From contig NC_068999.1 of the NCBI RefSeq assembly GCF_001194135.2, positions 48,559,145-48,622,791 of the forward strand: DNA of 63,647 bases. The letters are read 5' to 3'. The translations under genes were made by a program, and so were the position numbers. Position 1 is the first letter of the stretch. Every line of letters begins with the position of its first letter. The notes under the pieces were generated by a model that had not been told where the DNA came from, ran no database searches, and worked only from the letters and a program-made list of their open reading frames with translations. Source of the DNA: Octopus bimaculoides (lineage: Eukaryota). Positions 49,914-63,647 of the stretch are shown piece by piece.

Positions 49914-50802
49914 AATTTGTACTCTACGGAAGTAGAGAGTAAGCCTTCAGATTACTGTTTTCATTGTAACTAAACATAAAAACAAACATTTGTNNNNNNN
50001 NNNNNNNNNNNNNNNNNNNNNNNNNNNNNNNNNNNNNNNNNNNNNNNNNNNNNNNNNNNNNNNNNNNNNNNNNNNNNNNNNNNNNNNNNNNNNNNNNNNN
50101 NNNNNNNNNNNNNNNNNNNNNNNNNNNNNNNNNNNNNNNNNNNNNNNNNNNNNNNNNNNNNNNNNNNNNNNNNNNNNNNNNNNNNNNNNNNNNNNNNNNN
50201 NNNNNNNNNNNNNNNNNNNNNNNNNNNNNNNNNNNNNNNNNNNNNNNNNNNNNNNNNNNNNNNNNNNNNNNNNNNNNNNNNNNNNNNNNNNNNNNNNNNN
50301 NNNNNNNNNNNNNNNNNNNNNNNNNNNNNNNNNNNNNNNNNNNNNNNNNNNNNNNNNNNNNNNNNNNNNNNNNNNNNNNNNNNNNNNNNNNNNNNNNNNN
50401 NNNNNNNNNNNNNNNNNNNNNNNNNNNNNNNNNNNNNNNNNNNNNNNNNNNNNNNNNNNNNNNNNNNNNNNNNNNNNNNNNNNNNNNNNNNNNNNNNNNN
50501 NNNNNNNNNNNNNNNNNNNNNNNNNNNNNNNNNNNNNNNNNNNNNNNNNNNNNNNNNNNNNNNNNNNNNNNNNNNNNNNNNNNNNNNNNNNNNNNNNNNN
50601 NNNNNNNNNNNNNNNNNNNNNNNNNNNNNNNNNNNNNNNNNNNNNNNNNNNNNNNNNNNNNNNNNNNNNNNNNNNNNNNNNNNNNNNNNNNNNNNNNNNN
50701 NNNNNNNNNNNNNNNNGGTGTTGCAATATAATTTCAACGCTGTTAGAAAGATGAAATTAGCAAGTGTTAATAATATATCAACAGACGACCGGAGAATTTT
50801 GC

Positions 50803-50868
<66 letters not shown>

Positions 50869-52290
50869 TGCTGTTGCTGTTGTTGTTGGCTATGGTGTTG
50901 TAAGGGTTCTTGTATGCGGCCCTGTCCGTCTGGTCAAGCAATATTGACTTGTTAGAGAGGAGCAAAAAAGCCGACGATTGTACTTGGCTGCTAAAATCGA
51001 GGTTTCGTTTCAAACGACTTCGGCGCATTGTCCGTCGTTGCTGGCAACCCGATTTGGTCTGATTCCACCGATTTCAGGCCGTCGTTAAAGGCTGCTCTGC
51101 AGATGATGGTACGAGGAAAACACCGTGAATGCTTGCTGCCTTGATAAACACGTGTTAGACACAGCATACATGGTTAAACGGGCGGAGCTTTGCACAGACA
51201 TATTTATGCATTAGCAGGAGGGGTTGAAGTCTGAAAGAAAGAGAAAAGAAAAGAAAAAAGATTAAGGAAATACACACCCTTATGTATATATACATATATA
51301 TATATAGATATAGACATATGAAATATATGCTTGTATGTAGGTAGGTAGATTGGTATGTTTGCAAGAGGTGCGCATACGTGAGAAAGAAAAATAGTCAGAG
51401 AGAGATAGTAAGAGAGGAAGAGAGAGACAGTGAATGAGAGTTGCAGACGTATGTAAAGATAAATATACAGATAGAGAGAGAGAGGGAGAGGGGGAGAGAG
51501 AGGGGGGAGCTGAGTGCAACGTAGAAACAAAAACTATAGAGGAAAGTGTTTAAAAAGATTGTTCGAAATGCAACGAAATGCACTTGGAAAGACAAGTAAA
51601 AGTAAAAAAAAAAAAAAGAAAGAAAAAGATTAGAGGGTAATGCTGAGAGAGAGAAAAAATGTCAGGATCGTAAAAGAAAGAAGGAAAGTGATAATTTAAC
51701 AACCTCAAGTGAATGTGAATGTGAGCGAAGAGGTAAATAAAGAAAATGTATGGTTTACACCTCGAAAGTGAAAGTTGAAAATTCAAATTAGTTTTTACTG
51801 TCGTAAACGTTTCCGCCTTGTTGCAGTGNNNNNNNNNNNNNNNNNNNNNNNNNNNNNNNNNNNNNNNNNNNNNNNNNNNNNNNNNNNNNNNNNNNNNNNN
51901 NNNNNNNNNNNNNNNNNNNNNNNNNNNNNNNNNNNNNNNNNNNNNNNNNNNNNNNNNNNNNNNNNNNNNNNNNNNNNNNNNNNNNNNNNNNNNNNNNNNN
52001 NNNNNNNNNNNNNNNNNNNNNNNNNNNNNNNNNNNNNNNNNNNNNNNNNNNNNNNNNNNNNNNNNNNNNNNNNNNNNNNNNNNNNNNNNNNNNNNNNNNN
52101 NNNNNNNNNNNNNNNNNNNNNNNNNNNNNNNNNNNNNNNNNNNNNNNNNNNNNNNNNNNNNNNNNNNNNNNNNAGTAAACAAAAGAAGCAAATGAAAACC
52201 AAACATTGGCGTGCATGCGCGTCCGTTCGTTCGTAAGTTACGTGTGCATCCGTGGTGTTTTGCTTGTGCATATTCATATATATATATATG

Positions 52291-52338
<48 letters not shown>

Positions 52339-52405
52339 TGTGTAAATATGGAATGTATAGTAAATGCATGGTGTGTATACGGAGTACATAATAAATTGTA
52401 CGCAA

Positions 52406-52626
52406 AAAGGCGGCGAGCTGGCAGAGTGGTTAGCACGCCGGGCGAAATGCTTAGTGGTATTTCGTCTGTCTTTACGTTCTGAGTTCAAATTCCGCCGAGG
52501 TCGACTTTGCCTTTCGTTCTTTCGGGGTCGATTAATTAAGTACCAGTTGCGTATTGGGGTCGATCTAATCGACTGGCCTCCACCTTCCCAAAAATTTCAG
52601 GCCTAGTGCCTAAAGTAGAAAAGAAT
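52406..52626 (+). mobile_element. Well-preserved full-length SINE A
   Basis: Near-consensus copy with A and B boxes. Confidence 0.9.
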
Positions 52627-52937
52627 AAATTGTATGCAAAGAGAGAAAGAATGCATGCAAAACAAAAAATGAAAGACACTGTGGTACGTGCATAGACAAA
52701 CACACATACATGCACTTACACATACAAATACACACATGCACGCACACGTATGCATACATGCATGCATGCATGTATGTATGCATGCATGTATGTATGCATG
52801 CATGTATGTATGCATGCATGTATGTATGCATGCATGTATGTATGCATGCATGTATGTATGCATGCATGTATGTATGTATGTATCTGTAGCTATGTATCTA
52901 TGTATGGATGGATGTATGTATGTATACAGATATATAT

Positions 52938-53078
52938 AACCTTGCTTCTCAACCACATGGTTCCGGGTTCAGTCCCACTGCGAGGCACCTTGGGCAAGTG
53001 TCTTCTATTATATAGCCTCGGGCCGACCAAACGCTTGTGAGTAGATTTGTTGGGCGGAAACTGAAAGAAGCCCATCGG

Positions 53079-53120
<42 letters not shown>

Positions 53121-53352
53121 CTCTGTGTGAGTGTGTGTGTGTTTGTCCCCCACTGCCACTTGACAACCGGTGTCGTTTTGTTTACGTCCCCGTAATTTAG
53201 CGGTTCGGGGGGAAAAAGCGCCCGACAAAACAATTACCAGGCTTAACAAATAAGTACTGGAGTGGGGAATGAGGGGGTCGATGCATACGACTAAAAAGCT
53301 CTCTTCGAGACGGTGCCCCAGCATGGCCGCAGTCAAATGACTGAAACACACA
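52938..53352 (+). mobile_element. SINE family B, near full length
   Basis: Same body and tail as 29288-29682. Confidence 0.85.
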
Positions 53353-54494
53353 AAAGAATAAAAGAAGAAAATACATACATATGCGTGTGTGATCGCGCGC
53401 GTGCGATCGAAATGGTCGTGATTTACGTTTACTGGTTCGGGCATGGTTGTGTGTTTGCGCGTAGAGAGGCCGGGCGTCGGTCGTTCTCGCTCTGTAGATG
53501 TTATTTAGCTAATGAGCAGCGCGTGCACAGATGTGTGCATGTGTGTGTGTATGTGTGTCTGTGTGCAACGAATTGTGCAACGCCATATCAGCTGCAGGGG
53601 ATATTATCATCGTCGTCATCATCATCATCGTCGTCGTCGTCGGCAGCGGCGTCGTCGCCATCATCGTAACAAACAACGGTACGCATATTGCAAAACAAAA
53701 ACAAATTCAAAACATTGTGTGCGTCCAGTCTATGTGCATCAGCGTGAGAATGTGTGTGTGTGTGTGTGTGTGTGAGCGAATGTATGCGTGCGTGCGAAAA
53801 ATGTGTCCATGTGTGCGTGCATGCGTGCAAGAGTGTGTATGTGCGTGCATGCGTATATTGTGTTGTGTGTGTCTATGCGTTTCTGTGTGCTTCTGTGTAT
53901 GTATGTGTGTGAGCATACGTGCAAGAGTGTACTCATATGTGCAAGTGTATACGTTCACTTTTGTGCGTGCGTACGTGTGTGTGTATACATGTACGTGTAT
54001 GTATGAGTATGTGTATGTATGTGTGTATGCATGCGCCAGTGCATGTTTGTGTGCGTGTGTATATATATGTGTGTGTGCATGTGCGTGCGTACCTGTGTGT
54101 GTGTGTTTCAAATATATTATGACACACAAAACACGAGCGAATTAAAATGACGGCAGAGAAACAACACGTAGTTTCTGTTGATGTTTTTTTGTTCGTGTTG
54201 TTGGTGTTGTTCGTGTTCAGCTCCAGAAAGATCCAGGAGCAGGGTGAAAAGGCACTCCAGCCACGACTAACCTGTCCTTGATAGAGTCAAGTAAGACTAC
54301 AGTGTCTACAGCGTGTGCTTCCCTCGTTGTGTGAGATGTGTGATACGAGGCAGAATTGGTTTCTATTTCTAGCGAATCGAACGACAAACTCGAGCCCTGC
54401 AACGGTCCGTAGTGGTTGTAGTGGTGGACATGACGTCAAAGAACATGTTCGTTGATGCTGATGGTACTGCGAGCTGTAGTATATACTACGACAG

Positions 54495-54564
<70 letters not shown>

Positions 54565-55224
54565 CAGCAGCAGCAGCAGTAGCAGCAACAGCTGCAGCAG
54601 TAGCAGTGGTAGTAATAGTAAAAGCAGCGGTAGTAGGAGTAGTAGTAATAGTAGTATAGTTGTTGGTGTAGCTATCGTTGAAAGACAACAGCAGCACCAA
54701 TATCAACAGTAACAACAGCTGCACTCCCAGCAACACCTGCTGCTACAGAGGTTGCACCTGCACCACCGCCACCACCGCAAACAGCAGCAGCAACAACAAC
54801 AACAACAGCAGGACTTTCGGCAACAACAACGACAACAATAGAGGCAAATGATGCACCACCACCACCACCACCACTACCACAAACAGCAGAAGTTGCAGCG
54901 ATAGAAGCTGCACCGCCGCCACCACCACCACAAACAACAGAAGGAGCAGCAACAACAATGCAAACAACAGCACAAGCACCAACAACAGCAGCAGTAGCAG
55001 TAGTAGTAGTAGTAGTAGTATACTCCTATTTACTTTCGTTTCCCGTTTTAGGGCTTGAGTTGTAGTTTCACTTTCAGTTTTAATATTTTCCAACTCTTTA
55101 TTTTCTATATACATATGCACACATGCATACTGACATACGTACATACACATACATGCATACATATGTGCATGCATATACATACACACATATATGCATCCAT
55201 ATATATAAAAAAAAACTCAACTGC

Positions 55225-55596
55225 GCCGGTCACGAATGACCATGGGTGCACCTAAGAGGTTCCCCTCCGGGGTACAAGTCTGGGCGGAAAGTCACCTCAC
55301 CGGCGAACGCACAACCTAGAGTTGTTTTTTGGTTTTTTTATGGCAGACCAGTAGTCGCCAATGCATACCAGCCTCCCCTCTCCATGCCACTGATCTTATC
55401 CAAGGGAAAGGCAAAGGGGCCGATACAGCTTGGTACCTGTGACGTCGCAACTCATTTCTACAGATGAGTGAACTGGAGCAATGTGAAATAAAGTGCCTTG
55501 TTCAAGAATGCAACACACAGCCTGGTCCAGGAATTGAACTCACTACCTCACGATCGTAAGCTCAACGCTCTAACCACTGAGCCATGCGCCTTCACG
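55225..55596 (-). mobile_element. tRNA-derived SINE (family C3); 3' part repeated at 58645-58812 (+)
   Basis: Head GTGAAGGCGCATGGCTCAGTGGTTAGAG...GAGTTCAATTCC. Body TTCCCTTGGATAA..GGAGAGG.GAGGCTGGTATG is shared with 58645. Confidence 0.75.
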
Positions 55597-55852
55597 CATC
55601 CATATATACATACATGCATATATACAGACTTGTATTTACATACATTTACACATATACATATACTGTATATATGCATACATAAATATGCATAATGCACACA
55701 TACACACATGCATATATATACAAACATACATACATGCATGCAAATATAAATATATATATTTATATATACATGCATATACATACATATATATACATACATA
55801 TATGCATACATACATATATGCATATATATATATATATATATANNNNNNNNNN

Positions 55853-55894
<42 letters not shown>

Positions 55895-56317
55895 TGCATT
55901 ATGTATACGTATATACATACATAAGTACGTGTGTAGGTGTGTGCATGTGTATATACATACACACGTGCACACACATATACTACGACTACCACCACGACCC
56001 CTACAATTACTACTTAATGACTTCCCCCTGTTGCAGTCACAGCAACAATAACAACAACAACAACAACAGTAGCATCTGCACACACTCTCATCGGCTTTCT
56101 TTACCTGTCCACCTTACATCACCTTGCATCCCATTACATCACATCGCTCTCTTCTTGTGTTTATGATTGTTTTATTTTTCTGTCTCCTCTTGGTGTTGTT
56201 TGTATTCCTTTTCTTTTCTTTTCTTTTCTCTTCAAATGCCGTTAACACTCCGAACGACGACGTGATGCAACGCCGTCGCTCTATTTACAACGTGGCACTT
56301 CTCGCTGGTTGCCGCTT

Positions 56318-56372
56318 GATGCTGGATGCTGGATGCTGGATGCTGGATGCTTGATGCTGGATGGATGCTGGA
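56318..56372. repeat. (GATGCTG)n heptamer repeat
   Basis: About 7 tandem units. Confidence 0.8.
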
Positions 56373-56487
56373 CTTCAACAGCTGACATCTTGCCATTGTT
56401 GAATCAACACCAGAACCAGTGAAACGCAACAGCTTCAACAACAAAAACAACAGCAACAGCAACATACCAGCTGCCTCGGCAGTAGAA

Positions 56488-56519
<32 letters not shown>

Positions 56520-56739
56520 ACTATCAAAGTAACATCCCCAGCTGCAGCAGTAACAGCACAACAGCAACATCAACAGAAATCACTGTTGCAACTAATACTA
56601 AAACAGCTGCTTACTACTACTACTACTACTGGTGGTGGTGGTGGTGGTGGTGGTTGTACTAGTAGGGGCAGCAGCAGTAGTAGCATCACTATCAACAGCA
56701 GCAGCTGTGCAATCAGTTATTCTTACAGCTATCTTATTT

Positions 56740-56771
<32 letters not shown>

Positions 56772-57165
56772 CGAGAAACAGACAGACAGACACAAAGACA
56801 GTGACAGACAGACAGATAGACAGACAGATAGAGGGGAGCGGCCCATAAACACTGCACCTACCCCATTTTCTGTTAGTGGTGTAACTTTTCAGAAGTTGGT
56901 GCAAGATTCTCTTGCCCATGACAGTGCTACTACTACTACTACTACTACTACGAAGAAGAAGAAGAAGAAGAAGAAGGAGAAGGAGAAGGAGGAGGAGGAG
57001 GANNNNNNNNNNNNNNNNNNNNNNNNNNNNNNNNNNNNNNNNNNNNNNNNNNNNNNNNNNNNNNNNNNNNNNNNNNNNNNNNNNNNNNNNNNNNNNNNNN
57101 NNNNNNNNNNNNNNNNNNNNNNNNNNNNNNNNNNNNNNNNNNNNNNNNNNNNNNNNNNNNNNNNN

Positions 57166-58230
57166 TAAAATAAGTACCAACTGAGCACTGGGGTTGGGGT
57201 TGATGTAATCGATTTAACCCTGCCCCCACACACACACCCGAAATTGTTGGCCTTGTGCCAAAATCTGAAACTAATATTTATTTCTTTATTGCCCACAGGG
57301 GGCTAAACATAGAGGGGACAAACATGGACAGACAAAGGGATTAAGTCGATTAGATCGACCCCAATGCGCAACTGGTACTTATTTAATCGATCCCGAAAGG
57401 ATGAAAGGCAAAGTCGACCTCGGCGGAATTTGAACTCAGAACGTAACGGCAGACGAAATACCGCTAAGCATTTCGCCCGGTGTGCTAACGTTTCTGCCAG
57501 CTCGCCGCCTTATCTGAAACTAATATTAATGGGAAAAAGTTTGCTGCGAATTCTATTGCACTTGTTGCTATTGCACTATTGCATATTGTGGTATTGGTGG
57601 TGGTGGTGGTGGTGGTGGTGGTTACGTTCAACAACATTTGCAGTATTAGCAACAGCCACCGGTTGAGATGCCTCTTTTTTCTGTTGCGCTTTTTGAAAAA
57701 TAACAGCATTAGCAATATTGCAGTAATGTTGTTGTTAGGTTTACAGCGATTTTTGCTGCTGACAGTAGTAGCATGTTATTTGAGGGAGATTTAGTTGCTA
57801 TTGTTTTGCAGGTCGAGTTGCGACATTTTAACTGCGTTCGTCGTTGAAGATGTTCCAAGCGTTGCTACTTTTGTATTTTTTGCATATATTATTACATTTA
57901 CAAGAGATTTCATTTCCTTATCCATAGACATTTACCAATGAGTGGACATCATCCTAAGCCACTTGGGGGTTTCCGCAAAGAATGAGATCAGTTGACAAGA
58001 GAGCCGGTAGGCGGTCACTCTACTTTCGTGAAATAGTAATCAAATGTCATTCAAACCACACCGTATTGTTTTATAAAATAAAACAAACGAACACATGAGA
58101 AATGTGTGGTCCTAAATACACCTAAAAAAATGAGATGTTCATGGTCACAATGCCATCGATCAAGGTCTGTTCAATCAGAGATGATCTGAGGATTAAACAT
58201 CATCATCATCATCATCATCAACAACAACAA

Positions 58231-58284
<54 letters not shown>

Positions 58285-59128
58285 ATAAGACTATAATAGA
58301 AATACAGTCGGGGATAATAACAACGTCTAATATAACAGCTGCATAAGGCTTCGAGCTGGAGGAGTTGTTAGCACACCGGGCGAAATCCTTAACGTCATTT
58401 CGTCCGCCTTTACTTGTTGAGTTCAAATTCCACCGAGGTCAACATTGCCTTTCATCCTTTAGGGGTCGATAAAATAAGTCCCAGTTGAGCAATGGGGCCG
58501 ATGTAATCAACTTACCTACACTCTCAAAATCGCTTGCCTTGTGCTAAAATTTGAAGCCTATATAGCTGATGCATCACCAACACCACTGAACAGGGTGCAC
58601 TGTTGCAATATGACCGCTAGTGCAGATATTGTTATTGTTGTTCAGAGCTCGTTCCCTTGGATAACATCGGTGGCGTGGAGAGGTGAGGCTGGTATGACAT
58701 GGGTGATTGCTGGTCTTCCATAAACAACCTTGTCCGGATTTGTTCCTCAGAGGGGAACTTTCTGAGTGCAATCGCATGGTTATTCGTGACCGAAGAGGGT
58801 CTTACCTTTTTACAAAGTATAAATGTTAACAGGTTCAAATCTTATTGGATCCACTGTCGTTGCTTTAGGTTCTAATGTTGTGACTGCCGTTGCTACTTTT
58901 GCAACATGTGGTCCTGTTGTTGTAATCGCTGCTGCCGCTGCTGCTGCTGTTGTTGTATCTATGCTGCCGTTGATGCCGCTTTCTTGAGTTGTTTGGTCGG
59001 AGGGGGTGGGTGGGGGAGAGGAAGAGGAGAGGCTGAGTGAATGACCTTTGCAAACTCTCCCAGACGAGTGCGATCGATGCAGTTCGAACTTCTATACGTC
59101 AATAACTCTGTAAGCAGTGGCGTAGCCA

Positions 59129-59159
<31 letters not shown>

Positions 59160-59997
59160 CATGTGTGTGTGTGTGTGTGTGCCGCCCTGGGCAGCCCTTG
59201 AATTTACTGTCCCCGCCCCTAAACAAGCTCATACACCAGACTCAAAAGTGTTGCCACCATCTAAGTGCTGCCCGGACGGACCTCCACCCCAACTCCATCG
59301 CTTGCCACCACCCTCCGTCCCAGCCATGCTACAATTCGTAGGGAGAAGTAAAAAAAATAATAAAGCATAAACACTTAGACATGTCCATGCAGTACCTTTT
59401 GGTACCTTGTGGTACCTTGCAGTTCTCGGAGGAAAAGTTCGAGAATACGTTTGGTGTGGGACCCTAGAAGGTTCTGTCACAGACCGGGATGGGGAGAAGC
59501 TAAAAAGAACAGGCCATCATCAAGTGGACGTGCATGAGGATGGTAAACAGATTTTGCAAGTTCAGAAGAACAGAAACATACGTACAGGGGGCAACCGAAA
59601 ATATTGCTATAATTTACATGGCCGTTAGCGCTGAGCTAGTGAAGTTAGGCCGATGCTAATGATGTTTACGTGTAGCTAACGTTGCATCGTCTTTTTTTGG
59701 TGGGTGGGTTATCTTTTACATGTTTCAGTCTTTGCGACCATGCTGGGGCACCAACTTGAATGTCCTAATGAAACACTCGGCACTAACTGAATCGTCAGCA
59801 TGCCGGGGAAAATGCTTAGCGGTATTTCGTCCGTGATTTTACGTTCTGAATTCAAATTGCGCCGCGGTCGACTTTGCCTTCCATCCCTTTCAGGGGTCAA
59901 TGAAATAAGTAACAGTTGAGCTACTGGGATCGACGTAATCGGCTTACCCTCCGCCTCCAAATTTGCCGGCCTTGTGTCAAAATTTCAAATCAATATT
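57166..59997. mobile_element. SINE A copies (+ 57166-57272 partial; - 57283-57510; + 58345-58557; + 59786-59997)
   Basis: Family A motifs. Further degraded copies lie at ~1718-1803, ~13190-13360, ~23690-23800, 29684-29893, 36443-36520 and 62052-62420. Confidence 0.8.
59390..59650 (+). mobile_element. Possible RTE LINE 3' remnant
   Basis: YLAVLGGKVREYVWCGTLEGS resembles the RTE GH..(M)GxVEG region; weak. Confidence 0.35.
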
Positions 59998-60287
59998 TAC
60001 AGTGTTGCCGCGGCTTTCTGCAGCCGGTCTTTGCACATAGATTTACTTACTTGCAGAGGATTCTTAGTTAGACTTGCGTCATTAAGAGTTAAATGACTGA
60101 CTTCGTCAAGGCCAGAGTTCAGTACCAGATGCGAAACATGACCAGCCGAAGCCCTCAACAGGGGTGTCTTGAAGCCTTTACATCTGGATGCACGCAGTTA
60201 TTTTGTTGTTGTGGAAAACCTTGCGGCGTTGCTAATTTCTGCACACTTTTTGCTCTTTGTTGTTATTGTTGTTACAGCTACTGCTGC

Positions 60288-60338
<51 letters not shown>

Positions 60339-60795
60339 TGCTGTTGTTGTTGTTGTTTTCGTTTGCTGCAGATTCTGCGGCTGCTGCTCTTCTAACTGGT
60401 ACGGACAATGATGCTACTGCAAACGTTCGCTCTTTACACTGCAGCCGCTGCCTTTCCTGCATATAAATTTGCATCTCTGTTGCTGTTGTCGCTTCTATGG
60501 TAATATATCTGTCCACTTATGCTGCTGGTGGATTACGCTTTTTGTTGTTGTTGTTGTTGTTGATGTTGATGCTGTTGCATTCCTGCTGTTGCAATCGCTG
60601 CTGTTTTCATTTCCGGGTGCAGTGGTTATTGTTTAACTTTTTTAAAACGAGCCCTAATCGTGCAGACCTAAGATCAACGACCAAAACTCGTTCTAGCTCG
60701 ACTCCCCAGATGATTTTTATTCTTTAAATAACCAGAATCACATGACGCAACGTGGCCTTCTTCCTTTATCTTCGATGGCACGATGTGATCTAAGA

Positions 60796-60982
60796 CTGTG
60801 CTCCGCAACCTTTTTTTCACTTGCGGCACACTTACATTCTCTTCAAAATTCGGCGGCACAACAGAACTAGAAATAAAACTAAAAGTATAGAGGAAAAAAT
60901 TATATTCAGGTTACACTGCGGCACACCTAGCATCGTTTCGTGGCACGCCAGTGTGCCGCAACATACCGATTGCAGAGCACTA
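60796..60982. mobile_element. hAT-Charlie MITE
   Basis: TIRs CTGTGCTCCGCAACC / GATTGCAGAGCACTA (11/15), repeated GCGGCACA subterminal motifs, and TSD ATCTAAGA / ATCTAGGG close to the Charlie NTCTAGAN target. Confidence 0.65.
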
Positions 60983-61484
60983 ATCTAGGGAGTTTCTGCT
61001 ACAATCTCTTACACGTTGATTGACTGCGTTTAGGATTTATCTCTGGCTCGCGTTGCACATTGTTCTTCTTATTGCTGCTGCACTCGTCCATGCAGTAGCT
61101 GCGGCCACTGCTACTTGTATTTGTCCTGCAGTTGTTATTGTTTGTCTGCTGCAAGTTACTGCAATGTGTTGTCATCGCTGCCCGTTTTCATTCTTCCTTT
61201 TTTCTTCCATTTTATTATTGCAGACGTTACAGATGTTGGCATTTGATTGTGGTTACGCTGCAGCTGTTATTGTTTATCGCATGTTGCTGCACTTGTGTCG
61301 TTAGTTGGCGCTTTTTTTTTTTTTTTAGATTTTTGTAGTTGCAACTATTGCCTTCGTTGCAAATTGTCCTTACTATTGTTGCTGCTGCTGATGCTACTGC
61401 TGCTGCTGCTGTTGTTGTTGTTGTTATTATTGCCACTGTTTTCCTCGTTTATCCTGCTTCCACATCTGCAGCCACTCGTGCATA

Positions 61485-61525
<41 letters not shown>

Positions 61526-62151
61526 TCTGCAGTTATTGTTGATGTACGCATGCTGTTTATTCTATGATGCATGTGTTACTGATGTCGTTATACGTTGCTG
61601 CAGCTGCGCATTTATTAGTTGCTGCAGCATTTGTTTATAATATAGTCACAAATGCTCTTACAGCTGTCATAGGTGCACATTACTGTTGTCATTGTTAGAG
61701 GTGCACACTGTTGCTTGTTGCTATTGTCGTTGTTGTTGCTGATGCAGCTGCTGTTGGTGGTGGTGGTGTTGCTGTTATTGCTGCTGCACTTGTCGTTGTT
61801 GCTGTTACTGTTGCTGCGGGTGCTGTTGTTGTTGTTGTTGTTGCATTTCATTACTTACTTCCAGCCTCCTTGTTCTCAGTTATAATCCCACCCACCTCCA
61901 GTTCAGCTCAAATCGATCGCCATCACCACCCTGCCCAAGATCGATAAAACAAGTAGCAGTCACAGACGTGGGGTGAGGAGACGATTCAATCCAATCATCT
62001 TCGAACTTATTAAAATAATTAATATTTCCGTACGTCCTCACGATTTGCCGATTAAGGCAGTGAATAAGCAGAATCGTTAGGGCCCTAAAACAAAAATGCC
62101 TTGCGGTATTTTTCCCATCCTCTGCACTCTGAGTTCAAGTCCAGCCGACGG

Positions 62152-62361
62152 CAGCTTACGTAGTATAGTATGGGGTGCGGGGAGGTGCTTCGGCATGCAA
62201 GGCTTGGCGGGCTTGCAGGGCGTGCGGATTGTACGAACCGCACAAGGCGGCCACTTTGCATACACCTGTAATCTGTAGTCAAAAGCATTATGTTTAAGGA
62301 AGGGGTGGTCAGTTTGGCTACCTCACAGCACCGGCCAATCAGAACTCACGCTACGCCACTG
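62152..62361. mobile_element. Same MITE family, inserted inside a SINE A copy
   Basis: Right end GCTACGCCACTG. SINE A consensus resumes directly afterwards (GTCAACGTTACC...GTCGATAAAATAA). Confidence 0.6.
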
Positions 62362-63346
62362 GTCAACGTTACCTATCATTCTTTCGCAGTCGATAAAATA
62401 AAGCACCAATCTGGGAGAGGGGTAGAATTGTTTATTCGAGGGTTCCACTCGGTAATTTGAGGTTTTTCCGGTTATTTAATTTCCGACTTTCTAGGTAGTG
62501 GATTTAATCCGTCGTCCCTTTTAGCGTCCCCACCTGGTCCTAGGGTACTTTTAGCACAGTTCCATCTATTGTAAGTTTTCGGCTCAAGTTATCAGTTCGG
62601 GATAACTTCCTCCCATCATTCTAAGAGACCCTTAAAAATAAAAGGTCTAGGTCGCTGTCAGACACCCTGGGCACTCAACTGGGCCCACGAGTCTAGGAAC
62701 CCAATGCAAATTTATGTATGCTGCATTTGTATTTATAGGGGCTTGAGGACATCGCTTCATCCCTGGGGTGGGGCTATAGTGCTGCCGAGGCCGCCCTAGG
62801 CGGGCGCTATGCTTTTACTCCTTGATTAAAACAAAGTTCGAAAAACAGTTTTATTTAACCTTTCTTTAAAATTTTCATCCTTCCGGGAAAAACTGAAATA
62901 TGTTACATACCAGTTATGCACTGGGAATCATTGCTATTGTTGCAGTTGTCCACGATGCAGTTCTACTCTCTCTCTTTCTTTCTTTATACACACACACACA
63001 CACATATACGTCTTTTTCTTTTCTTGTTATTGTTGTTTAGTCCCAGATCATCGGCAAACATATAGCTAAAGGCACTTAAGACACTTCAACCACATCCAGT
63101 CACAGCGTATCAAGGACTACATAGTCTTGTGTGTCCTTTAAAAAAAAAAGCAAAGCAAACAAAACTACATGCTGTGATTTGAAGGCGACTTCGCTGCTAT
63201 TTCTAGCGCGTTTAGGAAGCGACTGCACAGATGCTGTCTCGTTAGATTGATGTTTTTTTATTGTTGTTATCGTACCCTTTGCAGATGTTATTGTTGCAAA
63301 TAATGATGTTGTAGTCGTTTAATGTTGTCGATGTTGCTGTTGTTGC

Positions 63347-63647
63347 GCTGCATTTGTTGTTGATGGTTGCTGATTCAGTCGTCGTTGTAGCTGTTGTTGA
63401 TGGTTGCTGATTCAGTCGTCGTTGAAGCTGTTGTTGTTGTCGCTGCATTTGTTGTTGATTGTTGCTGATTCAGTCGTCGTTGTAGCTGTTGTTGTTGTGC
63501 TGCATTTGTTGTTGATGGTTGCTGATTCAGTCGTCGTTGTAGCTGTTGTTGTTGTGCTGCATTTGTTGTTGATTGTTGCTGATTCAGTCTTCGTTGTAGC
63601 TGTTGTTGTTGTGCTGCATTTGTTGTTGATTGTTGCTGATTCAGTCA
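63347..63647. repeat. 57-bp minisatellite built from GTT/GCT triplets, running off the window end
   Basis: Unit GCTGCATTTGTTGTTGATGGTTGCTGATTCAGTCGTCGTTGTAGCTGTTGTTGTTGT; period 57 verified (63481, 63538). Confidence 0.9.

Noticed and set aside
49970-51028. 352-aa minus-strand ORF (MRRSRLKRN...) as an upstream exon
   Set aside because: It is mostly N gap and (TAC)n repeat, with no recognisable homology.
59115-62361. CAGTGGCGTAGC ... GCTACGCCACTG as the TIRs of one 3.2-kb transposon
   Set aside because: The flanks (TCTGTAAG versus GTCAACGT) are not a TSD and there is no transposase. The right end belongs to the short MITE at ~62152-62361.
63242-63647. Mucin-like Thr-rich coding repeat (TTTTATTTTESATINNKCS)
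   Set aside because: Units with a +1 insertion and a truncation shift the frame, which argues against coding constraint.

Overview
AT-rich, microsatellite-saturated animal genomic DNA with eight assembly gaps. The SINE repertoire, repeat density and 5S sequence suggest a coleoid cephalopod, most likely Octopus (inference). Only one host coding exon is supportable. It is a minus-strand first coding exon (47717->46514, phase-1 GT donor) of an SLC16/monocarboxylate-transporter-like MFS gene, with ~350 aa of low-complexity N-terminus before the PDGGWGW/TM1 motif. No downstream exon was recognised, so much of 1-46513 may be one very large intron. The rest is more than 40 tRNA-derived SINE copies from about 5 families, decayed non-LTR remnants (R4/Dong, Hero-like, L1/Tx1, CR1, RTE), hAT and pogo-type MITEs, a Helentron/DINE-like element, a solitary 5S rRNA copy and several minisatellites. 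The most interesting signal is that at least three unrelated palindromic (fold-back) elements carry minimal type-I hammerhead ribozyme motifs with a palindromic helix III, the Penelope-type architecture. One (11051->10972, minus strand) has an intact CUGAUGA/GAAA core and a GUA cleavage triplet. In each, the best-preserved motif is on the same strand as the transporter gene.
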